From: Vicinamibacteria bacterium | GTDB taxonomy: Bacteria; Acidobacteriota; Vicinamibacteria; Fen-336; JAGNNV01 | Direction of reading: 5' to 3' | NCBI GenBank assembly: GCA_035432945.1 | Contig: DAORUA010000001.1 | Coordinates: 3,500 to 53,645, forward strand | Length of the DNA stretch: 50,146 nt | Shown: piece by piece, positions 9,701 through 16,611 of the stretch | Numbering within the stretch: the first letter of the stretch is position 1 | How the letters are laid out: each line of letters starts with the position of its first letter | The notes under the pieces: model-generated | The model's input: the letters and a program-made list of their open reading frames with translations, nothing else | Database searches by the model: none | What the model was told of the DNA's origin: nothing | Made by a program: the position numbers and the translations under genes

Positions 9701-10681
9701 GGGGGAGGCCGACACCTGATGGTTCGTGCCCCAGCACTTCACACTCCCACGACTAGTCAGCGCGCAACTCCCTGACGCCGCCAAGGCCACGCCTGTCGTC
9801 GTTGCATTCAGCAGAGTGGGAGTCGCCGGTGCGACGGAGGCATTGAAGAGAACCGGGCTTCCGGAAAGACCCGGGGCCGTGGCCGAGAGGGTGTTGTTCC
9901 CGAAGCCCTCCTCGTTTCCGAGAATCCAGGCGCCGACCCGGGCCACGCCCGACAGGTCCGTGTCCTGGGCCTCATCGACGACGAACCCTCCACCGGTCTC
10001 GACCGCGAAGGTCACGCTGACCCCGGGGACGGGCAACCCGGTCTGGTCTCGAACCACAACCGCGGGGGCGATGGGAACAAAGGACCCCTTGGCTGCGACC
10101 TGACCGTCACCTTGGTAGGCCGAAACCTGAGTCGGGGTGGTCAAGTAGTTGTACCGGATCGATCCAAACAGGGCGGCCTGCCCTCCTTCGCAGTGCTGCT
10201 CAAAGTCCGCGGCAAACGTCAGGACAGATCCGTCGTTCGCGTAGGTTGCTTCGAAAACGACGAAGCGACCAGTGAGCGTATTGCAGCCGCGACCGTCACC
10301 GTACAAAGCCAGGCCAGGGTTCGAGATGCTCTCGAACGGGTAACGCGTAGCCCCTTCGTACACCCCAGCGGTGAGCGGTGCATTGTTGGGCGCGGCGAGG
10401 TCCAGATACCACCAAGTGGCTAAGCCGGGGGCGATGACGGAGAAGGAGACGCCGTTCTTGTTGTTGCGCGACGGAGTGAAGGTCGCGCCAGTCGGATCGA
10501 GGGTCCGCTGCTGTCCTTGACCGATGTAGTCGCCGGACTGACTGTTCAGGAACAGCAGGGTGGACGTCTGTTGAGCAAGAGCCGAGTAGGCGGAGGACGC
10601 CCAGAGAAGAGCGGCGACGACAACTAGCCTAAGTGCCTTCAACCCAGGGACCCTCCCCTTGAAGTGCGCGATCGGACTCAT
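5312..10681 (-). CDS. Giant secreted RCC1-repeat protein (14 blades) with a Big_1-like Ig domain, 4 Calx-beta repeats and a C-terminal FG-GAP/VCBS propeller
   Basis: ORF track, 1789 aa. It starts with a signal peptide (..LLWASSAYSALAQQ), an N-terminal beta-rich domain and a Big_1-like domain (VVVRDQTGLPVPGVSVTF). Fourteen repeats of about 52 aa follow, each with H(T/S)CA...(K/R/Q)CWGxN..G(Q/E)(L/I)GDG. Then come an Ig-like spacer, four Calx-beta repeats, and a tail that aligns gap-free with the tail of 2104..5217. Confidence 0.9.
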   Translation of the reverse strand: MSPIAHFKGRVPGLKALRLVVVAALLWASSAYSALAQQTSTLLFLNSQSGDYIGQGQQRTLDPTGATFTPSRNNKNGVSFSVIAPGLATWWYLDLAAPNNAPLTAGVYEGATRYPFESISNPGLALYGDGRGCNTLTGRFVVFEATYANDGSVLTFAADFEQHCEGGQAALFGSIRYNYLTTPTQVSAYQGDGQVAAKGSFVPIAPAVVVRDQTGLPVPGVSVTFAVETGGGFVVDEAQDTDLSGVARVGAWILGNEEGFGNNTLSATAPGLSGSPVLFNASVAPATPTLLNATTTGVALAASGSCALTSRGSVKCWGTNHQVSASPALTPLDFPGLSTDVVALAARRFHSCALSSSGGVKCWGENVYGQLGNGITSAWESIPVMVEGLASGVSAIATGSSHSCALTAQGAVKCWGDNTYGQVDGMTGSGMTPLQVPGLEAGVIAITAGGTHTCALMLEGTVRCWGWNVYGQVGDGTTGVRSGPIQVSGLTGVTAVQAGSLHTCAIVASGRVKCWGNNLWGQLGDETTLTRLSPVDVIGVTGAARLASGEGHSCAVTDWGGIKCWGRNVDGELGDGTQVERHSATTVRGLGTPVSEVFAGVSHTCALAVDGGLKCWGRNLDGQLGNGTTTSRPTPSDVAGLASGVSLVSTGLYHTCAATRGGTVQCWGNNLDGELGDGTQTSRGVPMEVVGLSSGVVQVSAGGYHTCAVTATGPPKCWGYNGLAALGDNSVTSRTVPVAVVQMSDASQISAGLYHTCAITKSGGLRCWGNNQNGQLGNGFVTTLESTPGLVYGLSVAAAVTAGDFHTCALTTAGGAKCWGSNLNGKLGDGTTTQRVIPGDAAGLTSGVKAIVAGAQHTCALTTAGGVKCWGLNAGGQIGDGTTTTRLTPTDVVGLASGVTSIAAGKFHTCAVTNTGRLKCWGWNADGQIGDGTGTQQLTPTDVVGLTSNAALVSTGGYHTCAITVGGGLQCWGYNGYGELGDETSSSRRAPVVIHFGQSIQFEAPTQLAEGITTILRASASSGLPPEFDTWTPSTCVVAGNRVRVLAGASGLCGIRVSQAGDSRHAAAPQQLRLIPTFPSMAIANTSVLEGSSSIATASFAVTLSGPSTDTVTALFATSDVNATSNVDYTPVSGTITFAPGEVSKTINVDVIGDTSVEPTEYFKVTLSALSGAGPGDIEALGAIIDDDSLDPTSIGISSARGPEGYLAGSTLAFPVRLSRPATAPVTVNYATAAGTATPGADFTSTSGQLSFGIGDFEKFVLVQIIGDAIAEPNETFTVTLSSPTGATIAPGQGTATGTILNDDLSTISVTDFAIAEGTTGTPNKLAFTVILSATSTSTVTVDYATASGTATAGSDYTPVSGTLSFPPGVASLVVQVPIIPDAVVEPNETVLLNLSNAVGATIFDGQGVGTILADDGLLVSIGDKTTPEGDTGFTPVTFTVSLSAPAPGTVTVDYATADGTATAPLDYTAANGTVTFNTGEQTKTVTIQVVGDTEKEPYETFFVDLSNPTGGANIGDGRGQGTITNTDGATDRSRLMFHNFVTNRLYRWHMKNGNTLDTFNWVTPWATDPGWTVGAVADFDQDGQLDYLWHNLNDGRMLFWYIDGDNLKGYQFLPYQMGPPWTVATTFDADGNGTPDLVFYNSATGVVRVMRHDNATLLGQYDLTTLLPGTGTVRVVAAVDANNDGDDELALYNSATGHVQAWDVTGANVTSTTTYANTQATSPSFTLVSTKTDFNNDGLADFLWHNPTPTGIFSVWFMNGTTRLGTGVFQPFTATDPVWRVVGSANVW
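6098..7441 (-). repeat. Four tandem Calx-beta coding repeats
   Basis: These correspond to aa 1081..1528 of the 1789-aa protein and show the same pattern as 2890..3885. Confidence 0.8.
7712..9784 (-). repeat. Tandem coding array of 14 RCC1-type blades (period about 150-156 nt)
   Basis: The plus strand shows a recurring ccccagca(c/t) motif, the reverse complement of the CWG codons. It appears near 7766, 7915, 8063, 8221, 8375, 8525, 8675, 8830, 8985, 9135, 9285, 9435, 9590 and 9725. Confidence 0.85.
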
Positions 10682-10699
10682 CGGCGAGGCTCCTCGCCG
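10682..10699 (-). promoter_or_regulatory. Hairpin that encloses the Shine-Dalgarno sequence and abuts the start codon of the RCC1 gene
   Basis: The minus-strand RNA reads CGGCGAGG-AG-CCTCGCCG and is followed immediately by ATG (10681). The only SD-like element, GAGGAG, lies in the left arm and loop. A second hairpin, CGGAAG(N7)CTTCCG, lies at 10717..10735. Confidence 0.45.
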
Positions 10700-10753
10700 G
10701 TCACAAGGTACCCAGTCGGAAGCATACGCCTTCCGGGCGGCCAGTCTGGAGGG

Positions 10754-12352
10754 CTAGAACGTCCGCGTTGACGAGGCGGGCGCCTCTTCCTCCCAGCCTC
10801 CCGGGGCCGACTCGAACTCCGCCGGCTGGAAGTACCTCGAACTCGCCATGTGGATCCCGCTGGCGCGCCGGGTCCGATGCAGCGTGGCGCCGGTTGCTCC
10901 CTCGATTACGTCCTTCATCGCGACGGCATCACCGTCCAAAGTCACAGTCCGGACGAGACGAGCTGAAGCCTTGACCCGGTTTCCCATCAGCCTTCGCACC
11001 ACGATCTTGCGGAAGAGATCGCCGATCCATTGCACGCGAAGAACCGTGGAATTGAGAATGCGCAGCGCGACCATCTGGTAGGTCTTGAGGTCCTCGTGGA
11101 GGGAGAGGAAGAAATCCGCTTCCACCGCGATCTCGCCGTCGGTCACGCTCTTCGCTCGACCGGCCGCGGGTACGCGTGTGACGTAACGTCTGCCGCCCTC
11201 CAGAAGCAGATAGCCGCCGTCCTCACCCGTGAGTCTCCAGGCGCCGTCAGGGTTCCGTCGGTACACGACCACCGCCCCCCCGAGGCCCGACGCCACGTAG
11301 ACCGCGCGGTTCGGGGTCCGTCGCACGAAGATTCCCGCGTTAGGAAAGTCGAGGCGCTCCGGCTGTGCCAAAACCATGGGCGTCGTGATCGGCTGTGCCG
11401 CGACCACGTCCGCGGCCTCGCGCGCATCGTCGCCCAGCCGGATCGCGTTGCCGAAGTCGAGGCTCGAAGGCAGCGGCACGAGGCCCTCATCCCAGGCCTT
11501 CTGAATCCGCGCGGCGAGCGGCGCGAAGCGCGCATCGCGCCGGGCCGCGACCTCGAACGAGTAGGGATAAATGAGAGCGGTGGAACGGCATCCGAGCAGG
11601 GGATTGATCGTCCCGTCCGGCATCACGATCGCGTCCATGAACTCCATCGCCTTGTCGACCGCGGGCCAGAGATTCAGGTCGGGATAGAGCAGCCCCGCTT
11701 TAGTCAAGTAGCGGAGCGTGCGTGTCTGGTAGCCGGCATCGGGGCCGTGATACTCCCGGAACCACCCTTCGGTCTTGTCGAACCACGAGAGTGTCCGCGC
11801 CACATACTCGCGGCCGCGGGCCTCGGCGGGCGCGTCGCTGAATGCCTTCGCGTAATGGAGCAGCTCGTACCCATACTGCGCGATGTGATTCGCGACCTCG
11901 CCATGCTTCTCGTCCGTGCGGAGAAGGAAGACGACGCCGCGCCGGATGATGCCTTCGAGTTGCAGGGCCGCCGCTTTCGACAGCAGGCCCGAGCCGTGGA
12001 GATCCACCAGCGTCGCCAGGAAGTCGAAGAAGACACCCGGCGACTTTTCGTGCGGGTAACACTGATCGAAGCTCCCGTCGCCCCACTGGATCCGGCCCAG
12101 GTAACGCACGGTCGCGTCCAGCCACGGCCGGATCGCGTCGAGGCCGCCGCTGCGCCGCGCGTAGGCGATCGCGAGATTGAGGCCGTACTGCATGGTGGAG
12201 TCGGAGAAGTCCTTGTACTTCCAGCCCCAGTACGGACGGTCCATCGACCCATACGACGGCGAGCCGGGATCGCGGTTCCAGGCGGAGAGAACCTGCCGGG
12301 CCACGATCCGGAACTCGCGCTCGTAGGGGTTCGTGGGTGGAGGCAGTGTCAT
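10754..12352 (-). CDS. Hypothetical protein with a helical-toroid-like N-half and a beta-rich C-half (polysaccharide lyase/epimerase-like layout; function unknown)
   Basis: The track gives 10754..12757, but the first 135 codons are an Arg-rich alternate frame of the upstream gene. ATG 12352..12350 overlaps the upstream TGA 12351..12349 (ATGA). The protein starts MTLPPPTNPYEREF and contains WGWKYKDFSDSTMQYGLNLAIAY and GDGSFDQCYPHEK. I recognised no catalytic motif. Confidence 0.7.
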   Translation of the reverse strand: MTLPPPTNPYEREFRIVARQVLSAWNRDPGSPSYGSMDRPYWGWKYKDFSDSTMQYGLNLAIAYARRSGGLDAIRPWLDATVRYLGRIQWGDGSFDQCYPHEKSPGVFFDFLATLVDLHGSGLLSKAAALQLEGIIRRGVVFLLRTDEKHGEVANHIAQYGYELLHYAKAFSDAPAEARGREYVARTLSWFDKTEGWFREYHGPDAGYQTRTLRYLTKAGLLYPDLNLWPAVDKAMEFMDAIVMPDGTINPLLGCRSTALIYPYSFEVAARRDARFAPLAARIQKAWDEGLVPLPSSLDFGNAIRLGDDAREAADVVAAQPITTPMVLAQPERLDFPNAGIFVRRTPNRAVYVASGLGGAVVVYRRNPDGAWRLTGEDGGYLLLEGGRRYVTRVPAAGRAKSVTDGEIAVEADFFLSLHEDLKTYQMVALRILNSTVLRVQWIGDLFRKIVVRRLMGNRVKASARLVRTVTLDGDAVAMKDVIEGATGATLHRTRRASGIHMASSRYFQPAEFESAPGGWEEEAPASSTRTF

Positions 12353-13401
12353 CCGAGTTTCCTGACCAGGGGCGAGGTGAGTGCGGCCCACAGCGGCGCC
12401 GGAAGCCGTCGTCCCACGCCACGGGCCAGAGAATACAGGCCGGAACTCGAATCGTTGCGCTCCTCGTTCGATGCGGGGATCGAGAGAACGGTGGTGAGCG
12501 ACTGGGTGGCGCCCCACTTCTTCTTGAAGGCGAGGAGGCTCTCCTGCTTCGGGGAGTCGCTGCCGAAATCGAAGGAGTGCGCGCCTGAGCGCTCGGCCTC
12601 GCGCAGCGCCTCGAAGAGCATCAGGTCGTTGGCGCGCATTTCCTGCCCCAGAGGCGTCGACGCGGAGTAGCCGTACACGTAGCGATCGGCGAACGCGAAG
12701 AAGAGGCCCCCCGCCACCGGTCCCTTTGGGCTCAGGATCACGAGGAAGCGCGCCCACTCGCGTCCTTCATCGAGCATGGCCTCGAAGAGCGCGCGCGGGA
12801 ACACGGGGACGCCGAGACGCGACTGGGTCGAGAGATGGAGCTGGTGCCAGGTCTCCGCGTGCTCGGGGCCGCGGCGCCATTCGAAGGTGAGCGCGTTTCG
12901 CTCCGCCTGCCTAACCATGTTCCGGTTCTTCTTGCCCACCCGGTTCCACAGGTCGCCCTGCTGCAGGGGCATGACGCTGTGGACCCAGTACTTCGAGACC
13001 GAGAAGCCCTCCGCTCGCGCGATGCCTTCGTTGACCTGGGCGCAGGACTTGAGGACGACGCTCGAGGCCCCGGTTTCCGCCATCGCCTGGCGCGCCGCGA
13101 CGTAGGCCGCGCGTTCGGTCTCGGGGCTCGTGGCGAGGACGCCGCCGCGGTCGCGGAAGGGGACGCCGACCAGGCGGCGGGACGCGAGACCCTTCACTTC
13201 GAAGAGCGGGACCGCCGCGACGATCCGGCCATCGGCCTCGCGTAGGGCGAGGCCCCTGGCGGCGTAGCCGAGGCCCCGCTTCAGGACGCGGGCCCAGTCG
13301 GAGAGATGGTAGATCGAGGCATCGGGATGACGCCTCACGAACTCATCCCAATCCTTCCAGTCCTGGTCGGAAACGGGCGAGGTCGCTCGAAGGCCGCTCA
13401 T
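12349..13401 (-). CDS. FemAB-like / GNAT-fold (Acetyltransf_6-type) transferase
   Basis: ORF track, 350 aa. The C-terminal half shows YVYGYSASTPLGQEMRANDLMLFEALREAERSGAHSFDFGSDSPKQESLLAFKKKWGA, typical of FemAB-related proteins found in exopolysaccharide loci. Its ATG overlaps the upstream stop (ATGA at 13398..13401). Confidence 0.8.
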   Translation of the reverse strand: MSGLRATSPVSDQDWKDWDEFVRRHPDASIYHLSDWARVLKRGLGYAARGLALREADGRIVAAVPLFEVKGLASRRLVGVPFRDRGGVLATSPETERAAYVAARQAMAETGASSVVLKSCAQVNEGIARAEGFSVSKYWVHSVMPLQQGDLWNRVGKKNRNMVRQAERNALTFEWRRGPEHAETWHQLHLSTQSRLGVPVFPRALFEAMLDEGREWARFLVILSPKGPVAGGLFFAFADRYVYGYSASTPLGQEMRANDLMLFEALREAERSGAHSFDFGSDSPKQESLLAFKKKWGATQSLTTVLSIPASNEERNDSSSGLYSLARGVGRRLPAPLWAALTSPLVRKLG

Positions 13402-14699
13402 CGGGCGCCCATCACTTCGAGCATTTCCTCGAAGCCGCTCTGCCAGCCGTAGTCCGTGGAGAGGGTGTGGGGGTGCCAGAGGATCGCGGCCTCGCCGCCC
13501 ACCGCGCGCACCTCGTCGATGAAGTGTCGAAGGCGCGAGCCCCGGGCCGAGGGATCGAGCTCCGCATAGTCGTACAGGTGCGAGTCCATGACCATCAAAG
13601 GGAGGACCTCGAGCCTGTGGGGCTCACCGGCCTTCGCGTTCCAGGGGCGGTGGCGCAGGGCCGCGCTCACCCGGAACCCGGGCCGATCGTTGAAGCCCAG
13701 GGTCGAATCGAGGGAGAAGCCCGCCTGCTCCTGGGCCGCCCAGGTGTGTGTCCACGAGAATCGCATCCAGTGCTGGCGGCACGCGCGCACCTCGCCGGAC
13801 ACGAGCTTGCCCACCGCCGCTCGCTCCTCCCCCAGGCGCGTCGCGTCGTTCCACGAGGAGTAGGACGGATGGACGCCGACTTCGTGACCGCGCGCGACAA
13901 GGCCGCGCAGCCGCCCGCCAAGGCCCGGCGTGTCAAGCGGGTAGCCGGGATCGAGCAGCGCGTCCACCGGACCCCGCCACCCGCGACGGGCGTGGATGAA
14001 GAAGAGGCTGCGATGGCCGGCGGCCTCGACCGCGTTCGCGACCTCGTCGATCCGGTCATAGGTGCCCGAGCCGAACGCGAAGGACGCCGCCGAGGCCGCG
14101 ACGCCGCGGGCACGCCGAAGTTCGCCCCGGATCGACAGTCGCAGCGCCCTGAAGCCACGGAAGGCTGACTGCTTGAACCGGATCGCCAGGGTCTTCGCCA
14201 GTGCGTCGACATCGTGAGTCAGGAGGATCCGGCCGGTGGGGCGAGGGCCGAAGAGTTCGGTCTCGTCGCGTCCCGACTCTCTGGCCGCCCACCGCCGCAG
14301 GAACAGCGCGATGCGATTGACCCACGCGTGTTCGAACGCGCGCGGATCGAGGGGGCCGAGGCGATAGGAATACGAGTGGATCGGGCCGTGAGCGTTCTCG
14401 TGCGCGCGCTCGGCCGAGCCGGAGAGATACCAGGCCGCCGCGGTCCACCAGTCGATGGCGCGCCACCCTTCGCCCGGCTCCGCCGCTTCGGCGCCCATCG
14501 CCAAGGCGGGGACGAGCAGCATCCCGTCAACCCCGCAATCCCGCGCCCAGGGGGGAAGGCGCACTTCGACCAACTCCGCCAGCGTCGATGTCCGCCCGGG
14601 AGCGGTCGGCATGGTCAGCGCCTCGATCGCGGACGGATTGTCCGGCCAGTAACCCGAGAGCGCGCGAGCGGCCCAGGTGTCAGGGGCGGCTTTGGTCAT
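13398..14699 (-). CDS. Polysaccharide deacetylase-like (CE4-type) protein with an N-terminal extension of about 150 aa
   Basis: ORF track, 433 aa. The motif RILLTHDVDAL resembles the CE4 Asp-Asp metal-binding motif, and GHEVGVHPSY and WHPH are His-containing blocks. It overlaps both neighbours, by 4 nt downstream and 20 nt upstream. Confidence 0.7.
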   Translation of the reverse strand: MTKAAPDTWAARALSGYWPDNPSAIEALTMPTAPGRTSTLAELVEVRLPPWARDCGVDGMLLVPALAMGAEAAEPGEGWRAIDWWTAAAWYLSGSAERAHENAHGPIHSYSYRLGPLDPRAFEHAWVNRIALFLRRWAARESGRDETELFGPRPTGRILLTHDVDALAKTLAIRFKQSAFRGFRALRLSIRGELRRARGVAASAASFAFGSGTYDRIDEVANAVEAAGHRSLFFIHARRGWRGPVDALLDPGYPLDTPGLGGRLRGLVARGHEVGVHPSYSSWNDATRLGEERAAVGKLVSGEVRACRQHWMRFSWTHTWAAQEQAGFSLDSTLGFNDRPGFRVSAALRHRPWNAKAGEPHRLEVLPLMVMDSHLYDYAELDPSARGSRLRHFIDEVRAVGGEAAILWHPHTLSTDYGWQSGFEEMLEVMGAR

Positions 14700-16605
14700 G
14701 CGGAGGCGCGTCGATGAACTCCCGATGCCACAGCTCCAGATTGAGCGCGCCCCACAAGGCGCGAGCCGCCGGTCCCGGATCCTCCAGCAGTTGTTCGAGC
14801 GCGGATCGTCGGAAGAAGCCGCGGGTGAGCGCCCGGGGCGAGAGCAGGATGTCGTGGAGGAAATCGCGCACCGGGCCCTTCGCCGCCCATTCGCGCAGGG
14901 GCACGGGGAAGCCCATCTTGTCCTGACGGTCCGCGACCTTCGTGGGAATGGAACCGGTGAGGGCCTCGCGCAGGACCTCCTTCGAGCGCCCGTGCCGCAG
15001 CTTCATGGAGCCCGGGATCCGCGCCGCCACCTTCGCCACTTCGACGTCGAGCAGGGGAACCCGGCTCTCGATCGAGGCGGCCATGCTCATGCGGTCCTCC
15101 ACCTGGAGCAGAGCCTGCAGGAGCGTGCTCGAATCGAAGGCGAGCATGCGCTCGAGCAGCGAACGCGGGCCGGGGCGATCGAAGACCCGGCGGAACTTCT
15201 CGAACACGAGATCCTCGGTGTCGGCCCCCAGCGCTTCGGCCTCGAGCACGCCGCGCCAGGGCCCGCGGCGGTCCACCAGCCGGAAGTAACGCCGGTCCGC
15301 GGGATCGAAGAGACCCTCGGCGAAGAAGTGCTGGAGCAGCGGCTCGTAGCCCTTGAGCTGGGGCAGGGCCGCGCTCATCTCCGAAAGACTGAGCGACGCG
15401 CTCTCGCCCGGATCGACCTTCGCCCCCGGCCCGTGGATCGCGGCCTGGAGCACCGCGCCCGTCTCCGCCACGAGATAGCGCGCGTAGCCGCCGAAGAGTT
15501 CGTCGCCGCCCTGGCCGCCGAGCACGACTTTGACGTGCTTCTGCGCGGCGCGGCTTACGAAGAACTGCGGGAACAGGCCCGGGCCGGCCGCGGGCTCGTC
15601 CATGGCGCGAACCAGGCCGGGCATGAGGTCGACGAAGTCCTTCGGGCCGGGCGTGCTCACCACCAGTTCGAGGTCGAGGGCGGACGCGGCCTCGCGCGCG
15701 AACGCGGATTCGTCGTAGGCCTCGCCCTCGTCGAACCGGCCGTGGAATGCGGGAATCCTGCGGCCCGTGGCCCTGCGCGCGAGGGCCGCGACCGCGGTCG
15801 AGTCGAGACCGCCCGACAGATACACGCCGATGGGGACGTCGCTGCGGATCTGGAAGCGCGCGCTCGAGTCGAGGGCGGCGCGCAGGTCGGCGACACCCTC
15901 CTCCACCGAGGTGTAGAGCGGCGATTCGAAATCGAAGTCCCAGTAGCGGACCACGCTCCGGATCCGCACGCCCTTGCCCTTCACGTAGGTGCCGGGCTCG
16001 ATCTTGCGCACACCGCTGAAGAGGGTGCGCTCGGAGAGGGTGAACTGGAAGGTGAGGTACTCGGCGAGCGCCTCGTGATCGAGCGCGCGCCGGAAATCCG
16101 GATGGGCGAGGAAGGCCTTGATCTCGGAGGCGAAGCCGATCTCCTGGCCGAACTCGGCGAGGTAGAGGGGTTTGATGCCGAAAGGGTCGCGGGCCAGCAT
16201 CCATTCGCCGCTCTTGAGGTCGCAGAACGCGAACGCGAACATGCCGTTCAGCTGGGTGAGGGCCTTCTCCCCGCGCCGGATCAGGATCTCCAGAAGCACT
16301 TCGGCGTCGGAAGAGGTGTGGAACCGGACACCCTCGTCGGTGAGTTCGCGCTTCAGTTCGAGGTAGTTGTAGATCTCGCCGTTGAAGGTGAGGGCGTAAC
16401 GGCCGTCCCCGGAGATCATGGGCTGGGCCCCGCCCTCCACGTCGATGATGGAGAGCCGCCGGTGCCCGAGCACGACCCCCGCCCCCTCCGCCCGTCCCTC
16501 GCCGTCGGGTCCGCGATGCGCGAGAGCCTTCATCATGCCGTCGACGATGCTTCGTCCTTCCGCGATCGGCCGGCCCGTCCCGAACAGTCCGCAGATCCCG
16601 CACAT
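14680..16605 (-). CDS. Asparagine synthase-family glutamine amidotransferase (AsnB paralog 1)
   Basis: ORF track, 641 aa. It has the N-terminal nucleophile MCGICG, the block RRLSIIDxxGGAQP, and the PP-loop YLSGGLDST. Confidence 0.9.
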   Translation of the reverse strand: MCGICGLFGTGRPIAEGRSIVDGMMKALAHRGPDGEGRAEGAGVVLGHRRLSIIDVEGGAQPMISGDGRYALTFNGEIYNYLELKRELTDEGVRFHTSSDAEVLLEILIRRGEKALTQLNGMFAFAFCDLKSGEWMLARDPFGIKPLYLAEFGQEIGFASEIKAFLAHPDFRRALDHEALAEYLTFQFTLSERTLFSGVRKIEPGTYVKGKGVRIRSVVRYWDFDFESPLYTSVEEGVADLRAALDSSARFQIRSDVPIGVYLSGGLDSTAVAALARRATGRRIPAFHGRFDEGEAYDESAFAREAASALDLELVVSTPGPKDFVDLMPGLVRAMDEPAAGPGLFPQFFVSRAAQKHVKVVLGGQGGDELFGGYARYLVAETGAVLQAAIHGPGAKVDPGESASLSLSEMSAALPQLKGYEPLLQHFFAEGLFDPADRRYFRLVDRRGPWRGVLEAEALGADTEDLVFEKFRRVFDRPGPRSLLERMLAFDSSTLLQALLQVEDRMSMAASIESRVPLLDVEVAKVAARIPGSMKLRHGRSKEVLREALTGSIPTKVADRQDKMGFPVPLREWAAKGPVRDFLHDILLSPRALTRGFFRRSALEQLLEDPGPAARALWGALNLELWHREFIDAPPHDQSRP

Positions 16606-16611
16606 GACCGG

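Noticed and set aside
7712-9784. A regular roughly 153-nt periodicity with a recurring ccccagca motif, which superficially resembles a repeat array or CRISPR
   Set aside because: The period is too long and the units are only loosely similar. There are no invariant 25-40-nt repeats separated by unique spacers. The whole region is one open reading frame encoding RCC1 blades, and no cas genes are present.
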